Virus record (IMG/VR): IMGVR_UViG_3300038393_002374
Span: 7,874 to 71,873 of that record
Origin: a virus
Taxonomy: Duplodnaviria; Caudoviricetes
DNA: 64,000 nucleotides
Strand: one strand, 5' to 3'
Shown here in pieces: positions 25,756-36,014 of the stretch. Every line of letters begins with the position of its first letter. Position 1 is the first letter of the stretch. A program made the position numbers and the translations under genes. The notes under the pieces were generated by a model. It made no database searches. It was not told the origin of the DNA and saw only the letters and a program-made list of their open reading frames with translations.

Positions 25756-26348
25756 TCTATCGGATTGTCATTGAACGACCCGGAAGGCATGATGCTTTTT
25801 ATATTGGTCAGACTGTAGACTTAGAGAGCCGAATTAAGCATCACTTATCAGCGCTTCGTGGTTCTAGACATAAGAACACCCATCTACAGCGAGCCTTCAA
25901 TTTATATGGACCAAACGCTTTCAGATTTGAAGTTATTAAATTCTGTGACGATGTGAAATCGATTATGAGCGCCATGGAACAGGCAGCTCTTGATTTTCAC
26001 AGGTCTGAGTTTGGTGATGACCGAATCTATAATCTTAGATTGGATTGTGTCGATTCTCGCTTGGGAATGAAGACACCAAAGTCAACGCGAGAGAAACAAT
26101 CAAGGGCCCATTTAGGACGTCGTCATTCAGAAGTGACGAAGAATAAAATTTCCAGGATCAAGCGGGAATGGAAACCACCCCTTGATCATGTGGAAAGACT
26201 TCGAACTCTTAGACTTGGAATGAAGAATTCTCCTGAAGCAATTGCTCGAACCGCCGCTGCTAAAATTGGAAAGAAAAAGTCGGCCGAGGAGTTGGCTAGG
26301 AGACATGAAACCCGACGATTAAATGCCGCTTCCAGAGGCTATTATTGA
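25731..26348 (+). CDS. Free-standing GIY-YIG homing endonuclease with NUMOD3-like motifs
   Basis: 'IIYRI...FYIGQT..R...H....N..LQRAF..YG', 'HSEVTKNKIS'; AT-rich. Confidence 0.85.
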   Translation: MRGEFLAIIYRIVIERPGRHDAFYIGQTVDLESRIKHHLSALRGSRHKNTHLQRAFNLYGPNAFRFEVIKFCDDVKSIMSAMEQAALDFHRSEFGDDRIYNLRLDCVDSRLGMKTPKSTREKQSRAHLGRRHSEVTKNKISRIKREWKPPLDHVERLRTLRLGMKNSPEAIARTAAAKIGKKKSAEELARRHETRRLNAASRGYY

Positions 26349-26349
26349 G

Positions 26350-26907
26350 GTGGCCAAGGTTTCTCTGACTGGCGGCGACAAGCTGACCAAGCGGCTGAAG
26401 GAGATCGCCAAGGGTGTTTCGCAGCCGGCGGCGCTGAAGGTCGGCTTCCTGGAGGGCTCGACCTACCCCGACGACAAGGGCACGCCGACCGCGGCGGTCG
26501 CCGCGTGGCAGGAGTTCGGGACGCCGACCATTCCCAAGCGTCCGTTCTTCCGCAACATGATCCAGGAGAACAGCTACCGCTGGGGCCCGAACGTCGGAGC
26601 GGCGCTGAAGTCCACCGACTACGACGCCGTCACGGCGCTGAGCCTGATGGGCATCGAGCTGCGCGACGAATTGCAGGACTCCATCCGCGAGGGCGACTTC
26701 GCCCCGCTCAGCCCGATCACCGTCATGCTCCGCGGCATGAAGTACAACGATCCCAGCCTCGTGGTGACCGGCGCGACCGTGGGCGAGGCCGCCCGCCGCG
26801 TCGGCCTGGGACTGACCAACTACGGGGCCCCCACCAAGCCTCTCATCGACACCTCGCACATGATCAATTCGGTCGACTTCAAGGTCGACCAGGGAGCCAA
26901 CTCATGA
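26350..26907 (+). CDS. Neck/tail completion protein
   Basis: 'VGFLEG..YP...QEFGT..IP.RPF', 'KPLIDT'. Confidence 0.75.
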   Translation: MAKVSLTGGDKLTKRLKEIAKGVSQPAALKVGFLEGSTYPDDKGTPTAAVAAWQEFGTPTIPKRPFFRNMIQENSYRWGPNVGAALKSTDYDAVTALSLMGIELRDELQDSIREGDFAPLSPITVMLRGMKYNDPSLVVTGATVGEAARRVGLGLTNYGAPTKPLIDTSHMINSVDFKVDQGANS

Positions 26908-27338
26908 CGACCCCCATCATCAAGGCCTTCGACGTGATCACCGGTGCGCGCGACGTGAATGCGCCCTACGTCGCCGGTGTCCTGGCCGATACGCCGCAGA
27001 CCCTCACCCAGGCGAACATCCAGCTCGACACCGGGACCAAGACCGCCACGGCCACGGCCGGCGCGGCGACGCTGAACAAGGCTTCCGGCGTGATCACCTC
27101 CGAGGCGCTGACGACCGCGGCCGGCGCCACCTACGCGCTGACGCTGACCAACAGCGACATCGTCCTGGGCGACATGGTCCTGGCCTCCGTGCAGAACGGC
27201 ACGAGCACCACCGGCACGCCCTGCGTGACCACGGTCGCCGTGAGCGCCGGTCAGGTGATCGTCACCATCCAGAACATCCACGCCTCCGCGGCGCTGAACG
27301 GCACGATCAAGATCACCTTCGCGGTGCTCAAGGCCTAG
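26904..27338 (+). CDS. Structural protein (Thr/Ala-rich beta protein)
   Basis: ATGA overlap, GC3 bias. Confidence 0.65.
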   Translation: MTTPIIKAFDVITGARDVNAPYVAGVLADTPQTLTQANIQLDTGTKTATATAGAATLNKASGVITSEALTTAAGATYALTLTNSDIVLGDMVLASVQNGTSTTGTPCVTTVAVSAGQVIVTIQNIHASAALNGTIKITFAVLKA

Positions 27339-27342
27339 GAGG

Positions 27343-27738
27343 GTGAACCTCCACAACATCGTTGCGGGGGCGATCTCGGCGGTCAATCCGCTGATCCATG
27401 CCCAAATCTACCCCAGTCAGGGCTACACCAAGGACTCCAGCTACCATCAGGTCCCCGCCTACGGCGCGCCGCAGGACGTCATGATCCAGGTCCAGGCGCT
27501 GCAGTACAACGACCTCGTCAAGACCGACAACATGAACATCCAGGGCGAGCGTCGGGCGATCTACCTGAACGGTGACTGGAACGGCGTGGTGCGCGCCGAC
27601 AAGGCCGGCGGCGACAAGTTGGTGTTCCCGGACCATCCGGGCGGCCCGGACCGCACGTGGCTGGTGGTGCTGATCTCCGAGAACTGGCCGGACTGGACCA
27701 AGGTGATCGTGACCCTGCAGATGGACGAACATGCCTGA
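27343..27738 (+). CDS. Head-tail adaptor
   Basis: 'MNLH.I...I..VNP...QVQAL...GGD...W.V....E.WPDW'. Confidence 0.75.
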   Translation: MNLHNIVAGAISAVNPLIHAQIYPSQGYTKDSSYHQVPAYGAPQDVMIQVQALQYNDLVKTDNMNIQGERRAIYLNGDWNGVVRADKAGGDKLVFPDHPGGPDRTWLVVLISENWPDWTKVIVTLQMDEHA

Positions 27739-27994
27739 CGACGGCGTCGACAAGTCCCTGGCGCTGCCGGCGGCGATCTTCGTGAACAACGCCACGGCGT
27801 TCATGACGATGGACAGCAACACCGTGCGTCTGGTGTTCACCGAGAACCTCAACACGGGCGATGCGGCGATCTTCCGCTGCAGCGTGATCATGCCGCTGGA
27901 GACCTTCCGCCAGCTCGGCGAGATGGTGGACAGCGTGGTGGAGCGCTACGAGACCCTGATCCACGGCGCGGCGCCCGGATCGGCGCTGAACTAG
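27731..27994 (+). CDS. Hypothetical protein
   Basis: Fills the gap in the operon, GC3 bias. Confidence 0.55.
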   Translation: MPDDGVDKSLALPAAIFVNNATAFMTMDSNTVRLVFTENLNTGDAAIFRCSVIMPLETFRQLGEMVDSVVERYETLIHGAAPGSALN

Positions 27995-27997
27995 GTC

Positions 27998-28543
27998 ATG
28001 CCGGTCACTCTCAGTCTGACCGAGGACCAGATTTTCACGGTTCTCGGGGACTTCCTGACGTCCATCCTGCCCAGCGACGTGGAGATCGTGCGTGGCCTCG
28101 TGAACCGCGTGCCGCCGCCGACCGGTCCCGACTACGTCGTCATGACCTCCGAGTTCCGCACCCGGCTGGCCACCAACGTCACCACCTACGACACCAGCGA
28201 CCCCGCGCCGACCACCCAGGCCGTCCTGGAGCCGGCGACCTTCGTCGCGCAGATCGACGTGTTCGGACCGGCCAGCGCCGACAACTCGCAGATCATCTGC
28301 ACCCTCTTCCGCAGCGAGATGGCCACCACCTTCTTCGCCCAGAGCGGCTTCGACGTGCAGCCGCTCTACGTCGAGGACCCCAAGCAGATTCCCTTCTCGG
28401 ACGGCGAGCAGCAGTACGAGGAGCGATGGACCATCGACGCGGTGATGCAGATCAATCCCGTCGTCACGGTCTCCCAGGACTTCGCGAACCAAGCCGTCGT
28501 CGGCCTGATCGAGGTCGACGCCTACTATCCCCCTGGAGGTTAA
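27998..28543 (+). CDS. Tail terminator/neck protein
   Basis: 'NRVP.P', 'QID..G', 'QYEERW'; upstream of sheath. Confidence 0.75.
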   Translation: MPVTLSLTEDQIFTVLGDFLTSILPSDVEIVRGLVNRVPPPTGPDYVVMTSEFRTRLATNVTTYDTSDPAPTTQAVLEPATFVAQIDVFGPASADNSQIICTLFRSEMATTFFAQSGFDVQPLYVEDPKQIPFSDGEQQYEERWTIDAVMQINPVVTVSQDFANQAVVGLIEVDAYYPPGG

Positions 28544-28546
28544 TCC

Positions 28547-30253
28547 ATGCCCGCCAGCATTCCGGCCTCCGCCATTGTCAACGTCAATCCTGGCGTCGTC
28601 ACGGCGGGCGGTTCGGCCCTCAGTCTCAACGGCGTCGTGCTGACCGCCAGCACGCGCGTGCCCATCGGCTCCGTGCTCTCCTTTCCGAGCCAGACGGCGG
28701 TGGCGGCCTACTTCGGCGCCACCAGCCAGGAGGCGGGGATCGCCACCGTCTACTTCACCGGCTTCGAGAACAAGAACGCCACGCCGGGCGCAATCCTGTT
28801 CAGCCAGTACCCCACCTCCAACGTCTCCGCCTACCTGCGGGGCGGGGCGGTGTCCGGCCTGACGCTGACACAGCTCCAGGCGCTCTCCGGCGTCCTGGCG
28901 GTGACCATCGACGGCACGCTGAAGACGTCGAGCGCCATCAACCTGTCCGGCGCGACGAGCTTCACCAACGCCGCTCAGCTCATCAACCGCGCCCTGGGCG
29001 CGACGGGTCCGCAGACCGCCTCCGTGACCGGCGCCATCGCGGCCACCACGCTCACCGTCTCGGCCGTCAGCAGCGGCGCGCTGCACGTGGGCGACGTGCT
29101 CTCCGGAACGGGCATCACGGCGGGGACCTACATCACCGCCTTCGTGTCCGGCACGGGCGGCACGGGGACCTACACGGTCAGCGACAGCCAGACGGCCGGT
29201 TCGACCACGGTCACGGCCACGGCTCCGGTTGTCACCTTCGACAGCGTCTCCGGCGCCTTCGTGGTGACCTCGGCCACCACCGGCACGGCGTCCACCATCA
29301 CCTACGGCTCCAACACCATCGCCGATGGCCTGAAGCTGACCCAGGCGCAGGGCGCGGTGCTGAGCCAGGGGGCGAACGCCGCCACCCCGGCGGCGGCCAT
29401 GAACGCGATCATCACCCAGACCCAGAACTGGGCGACGTTCATGACCACGTTCGAGCCGGTCACGGCCGACAAGATCGCCTTCGCGGCCTGGACCAGCGGC
29501 CAGAACAAGCGGTTCGCTTACGTCATGTGGGACACCGACGTCACGGTGACCCAGCCCAATCCGACGTCCAGCGCCGGCTACCAGATCATCCAGCTCGCCT
29601 ATGACGGGACTATCCTGATCTACGAGCCCTCGGACCTCAACCACGCCGCCTTCGTCTGCGGTTGCGTCGCGTCGCTGGACTTCACCGAGACCAACGGGCG
29701 CGCCACCATGGCCTTCCGCACCCAGGGCGGCCTCGCGCCGGGCGTGACCGACCAGACCATCGCCGCCCAGCTCCTGCTGAACGGCTACAACTTCTACGGC
29801 GCCTACGCCACGGCGTCGCAGGGCTTCGACTTCTTCTACAACGGCTCGATCACCGGCGTGTTCGACTGGGCCGACAGCTACGTCAACCAGATTCAGTTCA
29901 ACGCCGCCCTGCAGCAGGCGCTGGTGAGCCTGTTGACCTCGGTCAAGTCCGTGCCCTACAGCCAACTCGGCTATGGGCTGCTGCAACAGGCCTGCATGGA
30001 CCCGATCAACGCCGCCCTGAACTTCGGCACGATCCGGGCCGGCGTGGCGCTCTCGGCGTCGCAGGCGGCGCAGGTCAACGCCGCTGCGGGCCAGAAGATC
30101 GACACCATCCTTAGCACGCGGGGTTGGTATCTGCAGATCAAGGCCGCATCGGCCCAGACCCGTGCGGCGCGCCAGTCGCCGCCGATGACGCTCTGGTACA
30201 CGGACGGCCAGAGCGTACAGCAGATCAACCTCGCCTCCATCGAAGTCCAGTAA
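28547..30253 (+). CDS. Tail sheath (DUF3383)
   Basis: '[13 protein letters not shown]', 'NGYNFYGAY', 'WYTDGQSVQ'. Confidence 0.85.
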   Translation: MPASIPASAIVNVNPGVVTAGGSALSLNGVVLTASTRVPIGSVLSFPSQTAVAAYFGATSQEAGIATVYFTGFENKNATPGAILFSQYPTSNVSAYLRGGAVSGLTLTQLQALSGVLAVTIDGTLKTSSAINLSGATSFTNAAQLINRALGATGPQTASVTGAIAATTLTVSAVSSGALHVGDVLSGTGITAGTYITAFVSGTGGTGTYTVSDSQTAGSTTVTATAPVVTFDSVSGAFVVTSATTGTASTITYGSNTIADGLKLTQAQGAVLSQGANAATPAAAMNAIITQTQNWATFMTTFEPVTADKIAFAAWTSGQNKRFAYVMWDTDVTVTQPNPTSSAGYQIIQLAYDGTILIYEPSDLNHAAFVCGCVASLDFTETNGRATMAFRTQGGLAPGVTDQTIAAQLLLNGYNFYGAYATASQGFDFFYNGSITGVFDWADSYVNQIQFNAALQQALVSLLTSVKSVPYSQLGYGLLQQACMDPINAALNFGTIRAGVALSASQAAQVNAAAGQKIDTILSTRGWYLQIKAASAQTRAARQSPPMTLWYTDGQSVQQINLASIEVQ

Positions 30254-30266
30254 GGGACAGCCGCCA

Positions 30267-30701
30267 ATGGCAAAGACCATCACGTCCGCCAACGCGATCT
30301 TCATGTTGGCGGTCACGGGCGTCTTCGACACGCCCGTGCAGCTCCAGGGCTTCTCCGCGGACGACGTCTTCGACACCGAGGCCGTGGAGCCGGCGGAAAT
30401 CATGCAGGGGGTCGACGGCGTCATGTCCGCCGGCTTCATCTACGTGCCCATCAAGCAGGGCATCACCCTGCAGGCCGACAGCGATTCCAACGACATCTTC
30501 GAGGAGTGGTATCGTCAGCAGCAGGCGGCGGTGGATATCTTCTTCGCCCAGGGCACGGTGCGTCAGCCGGCCATCGGCAAGGCCTACACCATGACCAAGG
30601 GCGTGCTCTCCACCTATCCCTCCATGGCCGACGCCAAGAAGGTCCTGCAGCCGCGGAAGTTCGGGATCACCTGGGAACGGATCGAGCCGGCGCCGATCTG
30701 A
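30267..30701 (+). CDS. Tail tube (DUF3277-like)
   Basis: 'ITSANA...LQGFSADD...GVDG..SAG..LQADS.S'. Confidence 0.8.
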   Translation: MAKTITSANAIFMLAVTGVFDTPVQLQGFSADDVFDTEAVEPAEIMQGVDGVMSAGFIYVPIKQGITLQADSDSNDIFEEWYRQQQAAVDIFFAQGTVRQPAIGKAYTMTKGVLSTYPSMADAKKVLQPRKFGITWERIEPAPI

Positions 30702-31102
30702 TGTCCAGGAAGGTCAAGGAGATCACCATCACGGCCGAGGGCCGTGACCAGGGGAAGAAGTACCTCATCACCGAACTGCCCGCGTCCGAGGGCGAGAAGT
30801 GGGCCATGCGGGCGCTCGCGCTCCTGGCCAAGTCCGGCGTCGAGTTGCCGGATGGCTCCGCCAACCTCGGCATGGCCGGCGTCGCCCGACTGGGCTTCGA
30901 GGCGCTGATGGGGATCAATTTCCTGGACCTGGAGCCGCTTCTGGACCAGATGATGACCTGCGTGCAGGCCGTCCCGTCCTCCGGGGTGGCGCGGAAGCTG
31001 GTGGAGGAGGACATCGAGGAGATCGCCACGCGGCTCGCCCTGCGGCGCGACATCTTCGAGCTGCACACCGGTTTTTTCGGGAGCGCCGGCCCCTCGACCT
31101 AG
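30701..31102 (+). CDS. Tail assembly chaperone
   Basis: 'GRD.GK...ITE.PA...E.WA', upstream of tape measure. Confidence 0.8.
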   Translation: MSRKVKEITITAEGRDQGKKYLITELPASEGEKWAMRALALLAKSGVELPDGSANLGMAGVARLGFEALMGINFLDLEPLLDQMMTCVQAVPSSGVARKLVEEDIEEIATRLALRRDIFELHTGFFGSAGPST

Positions 31103-31296
31103 ACCTGGGCGACGTGGCCGCCGGCAAGCTGCACGAGTACCTCAACGTGCCCCCCACCATCGGCGCCGTGATCTCCTCCCGGCTGGGGACCCTCCACGAG
31201 ATGGACACGGTCTACGGCGTCGAGGATGTCTATGACCTCCTGGAGGTCATCTCCGTGGACGCCCACAACCGCCGCGCCCTGCAGCCGGAGGAGTAG
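31072..31296 (+). CDS. -1 frameshift extension of the tail chaperone (slippery T TTT TTC at 31072-31078)
   Basis: -1 frame is open to 31296 with 'TLHEMDTVYGVEDVYDLLE'. Confidence 0.7.
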   Translation, partial: FFRERRPLDLDLGDVAAGKLHEYLNVPPTIGAVISSRLGTLHEMDTVYGVEDVYDLLEVISVDAHNRRALQPEE

Positions 31297-31299
31297 CCG

Positions 31300-33342
31300 A
31301 TGGCCACGATCATCGACGAGCTGGTGGTGCTCCTGCGGCTGGACGGCGGCAAGGAGTTCGAGAAGGGGCAGAAGGACATCGACGAGGGTCTGAAGAAGAC
31401 CAAGCAGGGGGCCACGGCCACCGGCAAGGAGCTGGAGTTCCGCGCCAAGCGCTCCGTCGAGTCCTTCTCCAAGTTCCGCGACGAAGTCATCGCCTTGTTC
31501 GCCGCCTTCACGGCCGGCGTGGGCCTGAAGAACTTCGTCGCCGACACCGTGCGCTCCGAGGCCAACCTGGGGCGCATGTCCCACGCCCTGGACGTCTCCA
31601 CCGAGACCCTTTCCCAGTGGCAGGGCGTTCTGAAGCGCAACGGTGGAACGGCGGAGGACGCCACCTCCGCGTTCCGTACCCTGGCCGACATCATCGCCGA
31701 GGTGCAGACCACCGGGACCACCGGCAAGGGCGGCGTGCTGATGCGGATGGGCATCAGCGGCGGGATCAATCAGCTTCAGGACAAGGTCGGTTCGCTGTTG
31801 GAGATGGCGGACAAGGCCAGCCACATGGACCCGCAGACGGCGTCCTTCATGCTGCGCCAGATCGGCTTCTCCGAGGCCATGGTGAACGTCATGCTGAAGG
31901 GTCGTGGGGCCCTTGAGCAACTCCTGGAGCAGCAGAAGAAACTCGGCGTCACCACCGACGCGGACGTTCGCGCCGCCCAGCGGCTGCAGGACAGCCTGGA
32001 GGGCCTGAAGACCGCCTCGTCGCGGGTCGGCGCCGCGATCCTGACGGCGCTTGAGCCGGCGATGGACTTCGTCGCCAAGCTGTTCACCGCCCTGGCCGAG
32101 TTCGCCCAGAACAACCAGCCCATCGTCATCGGCGCATTGACCGCGCTGAGTGCCGCCTTCGTCGCCCTGGGCGTCTCCGCGGCCGGCGCGGTCATCGCCG
32201 CCAGCCCGATCCTCGGCCCCCTCATCGTCGTCTCCGGGATCGCGCTCGCGGCCGGCGCCGCCATCGGCGTGCTCTATGAGGCCCTGACCCGCGGCGCGCA
32301 CGCCTTCATGGAGTTCGTGCGCCACAACAAGACCGCGCACGACGCCCTGAACGAGGTCATCGCGTCCGCCCGCGACCTCTGGGCGGCAATCACCGAACTG
32401 CTCGCGCCGATGAAGCCGGTGGCGGACGCCATCGGCAGCGCCTTCAAGTCGGTCGGCGACGCCATCCGCGACGCCTTCGGGTCCGCCACCGTCGCCATCG
32501 GCCGCAACTTCCTGAACTTCGTCGTCAACTCCTTCCACGCTATCGCCGATGTCATCCGGGCGATCACGGCCCTGGTGCATGGCGACCTGAAGGGAGCCAT
32601 GGCCGCATCGCGCGACTTCCTGCGAGATTCCGTGGCCGAGACGCCTCGCGCCAGTCGCGACGTGCCCACGTCGCAGGCCGCGCCCGGTGCGGCTGCGGGC
32701 GGCGCTCCCGCCTCACAGTCTAAGACCGGTCGAGCGAACGCCGCCGAGATCGAGGCGCGGCTTCGGGCGGGTGGTCTCACCGCCGAGCAGGCTCGCGGCG
32801 TCGTGGCGGGCATCCACGCGGAGAGCGGCTTCAGGCTCAACGCCTTCAACGGCGCCGGCGGAGGCAAGGGGGCTTTTGGGATCGGACAGTGGCGTGGTTC
32901 GCGGCTCGCGGAGCTGCGCCGCCGATACGGCCCTAATCCCACCCTGGCTCAGCAGGTCGACTTCCTGCTCTGGGAGCTGATGGGCGGCGACCGCGGGGGC
33001 CGGAAGGTACTCGGACAGAGCACCGTCACGGGCGCGATGCAGTCGTACATCCGTGACTTCATGCGCCCGGACCTGCCGGGCAGCACGGCGGCGTCGGAGG
33101 GGGACATCCGGCGCGGCAACGCCTTCCTGGCGGCCAACTCCAATCTGCCGTCGCCCGGCGTGATGACCGGCGCGCGCGCTGCGCAGAGCGCCACGGCGGC
33201 GTCGGCCGTGTCGCACACGGAGGTCAGCGTCGGCGACGTCACCATCGTCACCCAGGCCCGCGACGCGGACGGCATCGCCCGCGACTTCGTGCCGGCCGTC
33301 AAGCGCCGCTTCGTGCAGCAGGTCAATCAGGGCCTCAGCTAG
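31300..33342 (+). CDS. Tape measure protein with C-terminal phage tail lysozyme domain
   Basis: Ala-rich helical; 'GVVAGIHAESG...AFGIGQW..R...QVDFL..EL'. Confidence 0.85.
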   Translation: MATIIDELVVLLRLDGGKEFEKGQKDIDEGLKKTKQGATATGKELEFRAKRSVESFSKFRDEVIALFAAFTAGVGLKNFVADTVRSEANLGRMSHALDVSTETLSQWQGVLKRNGGTAEDATSAFRTLADIIAEVQTTGTTGKGGVLMRMGISGGINQLQDKVGSLLEMADKASHMDPQTASFMLRQIGFSEAMVNVMLKGRGALEQLLEQQKKLGVTTDADVRAAQRLQDSLEGLKTASSRVGAAILTALEPAMDFVAKLFTALAEFAQNNQPIVIGALTALSAAFVALGVSAAGAVIAASPILGPLIVVSGIALAAGAAIGVLYEALTRGAHAFMEFVRHNKTAHDALNEVIASARDLWAAITELLAPMKPVADAIGSAFKSVGDAIRDAFGSATVAIGRNFLNFVVNSFHAIADVIRAITALVHGDLKGAMAASRDFLRDSVAETPRASRDVPTSQAAPGAAAGGAPASQSKTGRANAAEIEARLRAGGLTAEQARGVVAGIHAESGFRLNAFNGAGGGKGAFGIGQWRGSRLAELRRRYGPNPTLAQQVDFLLWELMGGDRGGRKVLGQSTVTGAMQSYIRDFMRPDLPGSTAASEGDIRRGNAFLAANSNLPSPGVMTGARAAQSATAASAVSHTEVSVGDVTIVTQARDADGIARDFVPAVKRRFVQQVNQGLS

Positions 33343-34169
33343 TGTCGCTGATCCCCTTCCCGAACGTGCCGCAGGTCCCCGGTGTCCCGCAGCTCACGCG
33401 TTACGCGGGCGGCCCGTCAGTGGCGCAGATGACGTCGCTGTTCCCCGGCGCGTCCGGCCTCCTGCACGAGATCGATGGCGTCTCCGCCTACCTCACGACG
33501 TCGCCGCAGGCGACCGTCAAGGACCTGTTCGCTTCGGTCCCCGGCGTCAGCTCGATCATGACGAGCAATCCGGCCTTCTCGCAGATCATGAGCCTGTCGA
33601 ACTTCGACGCCCTGGGCAACGGCCTCAGCCTGCTGACCGGCGATGACCCCGGCGTGGGCTCGCTCACGGCCAGTCCGGAGTGGGGCGTCTTCGATGACGG
33701 CGGCCAGCCGGTGGCCATTGCCGATTCCTTCGTCTCCATCGAGCACATGAAGGACTGGCGGGTGGCCAATTTCCCCGTCGCGCCGAACGGCTTCGCCGCC
33801 TACAACAAGGTCGAGACCCCCTACGAGGAGCGGATCACCTTCGCCAAGGGCGGGACCCTGCAGCAGAAGGAGACCTTCCTGCAGGACATCGACGACGCGG
33901 TGGCGTCGCTCGATCTCTTCACCGTGGTCACCCCGGAGGTGACCTACGCCAACGCCAATCTCGTCCACTACGACTACCGCCGCCAGTCGCGGCAGGGCGT
34001 GACGCTGTTGCTGGTGGAGATCGGCGTCATGCAGGTCCGCGTCTCGGCGTCGCAGACCTTCTCCAACACCAAGAGTCCGGCGGCCAATGCCGCGCAGAAC
34101 GGTGGCACGGTGCAGCCGCAGTCCCCGACGACGGCCCAGACCAATGCGGCGGCGGCCGGCGCGACCTGA
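33342..34169 (+). CDS. Baseplate/tail tube initiator
   Basis: 'FPV..GFAAYNKV..P', 'VVTPE'. Confidence 0.7.
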   Translation: MSLIPFPNVPQVPGVPQLTRYAGGPSVAQMTSLFPGASGLLHEIDGVSAYLTTSPQATVKDLFASVPGVSSIMTSNPAFSQIMSLSNFDALGNGLSLLTGDDPGVGSLTASPEWGVFDDGGQPVAIADSFVSIEHMKDWRVANFPVAPNGFAAYNKVETPYEERITFAKGGTLQQKETFLQDIDDAVASLDLFTVVTPEVTYANANLVHYDYRRQSRQGVTLLLVEIGVMQVRVSASQTFSNTKSPAANAAQNGGTVQPQSPTTAQTNAAAAGAT

Positions 34170-34468
34170 TGCTGATCGTCCCCCTGCAGCCCGTGGCGGC
34201 TCAGACGGTGCTGGTGACGCTGGCCAATCAGGCCTGCCGCATCAACGTCTACCAGAAGCGCACCGGCCTCTACGTCGATCTCTACGTCTCCAACGCCGAG
34301 ATCGTGACCGGCGTGATCGCCGAGAACGCCAACCGCATCGTGCGTTCGGCCTACCTGGGCTTCATCGGCGACCTCGCATTCTTCGACACCCTGGGGGTCT
34401 CGGACCCCTACTACACCGGTCTCGGCGCGCAGTACGCCCTGGCCTATCTTGAGGCGTCGGACCTGTGA
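34169..34468 (+). CDS. Baseplate plug protein
   Basis: 'VPLQ...Q.....L..Q...YLGF.G.L.F.D..G..DP.Y.GLG'. Confidence 0.75.
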   Translation: MLIVPLQPVAAQTVLVTLANQACRINVYQKRTGLYVDLYVSNAEIVTGVIAENANRIVRSAYLGFIGDLAFFDTLGVSDPYYTGLGAQYALAYLEASDL

Positions 34469-35343
34469 GCTTCACCAAGCGCCACATCGACGTCCAGTTC
34501 CAGCTCGGCCAGGGCTCCTTCGGGGGCACGTCGCAGAACACCGTGGACGTCACCGGCCTGCGCTGCTCGGCGAATGTCTCCAAGGCGGGCGGCTGGACCA
34601 ACTCCACGCTTGAGCTACGCATCTGGGGGCTCTCGCTCTCGGTGATGAACGATCTCTCCACGCTGGGCAAGCCGCTGCCGGCGATCCGCAACAACGTGGT
34701 CACCCTGAAGCCCCGCTCCGACGACGTCGGCCCGACCGTGGCCTTCATCGGCGTCATCCAACAGGCCTGGGCGGATATGCAGGCCATGCCCGAGAGCGTC
34801 TTCGTGGTGCAGGCCACCTCCGGAATGCTGGCGCAGCTCCGGCCCCTGCCGCCGACGAGCATCAACGGCGTCGCCGACGTGGCGCAGGTCGCCGCCGGCC
34901 TCGCCAAACAGATGTCGATGAACTTCACCAACGGTGGCGTCGACATCAAAATCCCCAACCTCTACCTCTCCGGGACCGGCGTGCAGCAGGTCCGCCAGCT
35001 CATGGACGTCGGCCCGATCAACTGGATCATCGAGGACAACACCCTGGCCATCTGGCCGAAGGACGGTTCGCGGGACCCCAACGCCAACCCAGTTCTGGTT
35101 TCGGCGGACACCGGCCTTGTCGGTTATCCAAACTGGACGGCGCAGGGCCTCATGGTGAAGACCCTCTACAATCCCGGCATCGCCTACGGCGCCGCGATCC
35201 AGATCACCAGCGACATCACGCCGGCCAATGGGGTGTGGTCGCCGTTCAAGATCGACCACGTCCTGGAGAGCGAGGTCCCCGATGGACAGTGGTTCTCCAT
35301 GATCGAGGCCGCCGCCTTCGGCCGTCCCGCCGTCGCCACCTGA
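34465..35343 (+). CDS. Baseplate hub protein
   Basis: Synteny; 'GLVGYP', 'GQWF'. Confidence 0.75.
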   Translation: MSFTKRHIDVQFQLGQGSFGGTSQNTVDVTGLRCSANVSKAGGWTNSTLELRIWGLSLSVMNDLSTLGKPLPAIRNNVVTLKPRSDDVGPTVAFIGVIQQAWADMQAMPESVFVVQATSGMLAQLRPLPPTSINGVADVAQVAAGLAKQMSMNFTNGGVDIKIPNLYLSGTGVQQVRQLMDVGPINWIIEDNTLAIWPKDGSRDPNANPVLVSADTGLVGYPNWTAQGLMVKTLYNPGIAYGAAIQITSDITPANGVWSPFKIDHVLESEVPDGQWFSMIEAAAFGRPAVAT

Positions 35344-36014
35344 TGAGCGACACCTATGTGGGCTTCGAGGCCCTCAACTCCGGGGCCTCCGACACCAACG
35401 CCCTGCGCTTCCTGTTCCAGCAACTCATGGCGGGGGTGTGGACCTCCGGGCTGGTGCTGGTGAAGGCGGTGACCAACGTCGACATCCTGGACCCGGTGGG
35501 TTTCGTGGACGTCCAACCCATGGTCCATCAGATCGATGGACAGGGACAGATCACCCCGCACGGGACGATCCACAACCTGCCCTACTTCCGGATGCAGGGC
35601 GGGACCAACGCGGTGATCCTCGATCCCAAGGTCGGCGACATCGGCGTCGCCATCTTCGCCAGTCGGGACATCTCCGCGATCAAGACCTCCAAGCAGCTCG
35701 GCGCGCCCGGCTCCTGGCGCCGAAACGATCCCGCGGACGGCCTCTACATCGGCGGCTTCCTGAACGGCGTTCCGACCCAGTACGTGCTGTTCAGCGACAC
35801 CGATGGGATCAAGGTGGTGAGCCCGACCAGGGTGACGATCCAGGCCCCGGACATCCAGTTCATCGGACCGACGCACACCACCGGCGCGGTCACCGGCGAC
35901 ACCACCGCGACCTACGGCGGAGAGGTCACCGCCAATGGCGGCCACACGGTGAGCGCCCACACGCACGGCGGTGTGCAGACGGGCAGCGGAAGTACAGGGA
36001 CGCCCACGGGATGA
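35343..36014 (+). CDS. Baseplate spike (gpV/gp138-like)
   Basis: 'LPYFRMQGG.NAVILDP.VGD.G', C-terminal HTHGGVQTG. Confidence 0.85.
   Translation: MSDTYVGFEALNSGASDTNALRFLFQQLMAGVWTSGLVLVKAVTNVDILDPVGFVDVQPMVHQIDGQGQITPHGTIHNLPYFRMQGGTNAVILDPKVGDIGVAIFASRDISAIKTSKQLGAPGSWRRNDPADGLYIGGFLNGVPTQYVLFSDTDGIKVVSPTRVTIQAPDIQFIGPTHTTGAVTGDTTATYGGEVTANGGHTVSAHTHGGVQTGSGSTGTPTG

Noticed and set aside
25650-26350. Group I intron around the GIY-YIG gene
   Set aside because: Flanking genes look complete and the ORF fills the gap, leaving no room for an intron core
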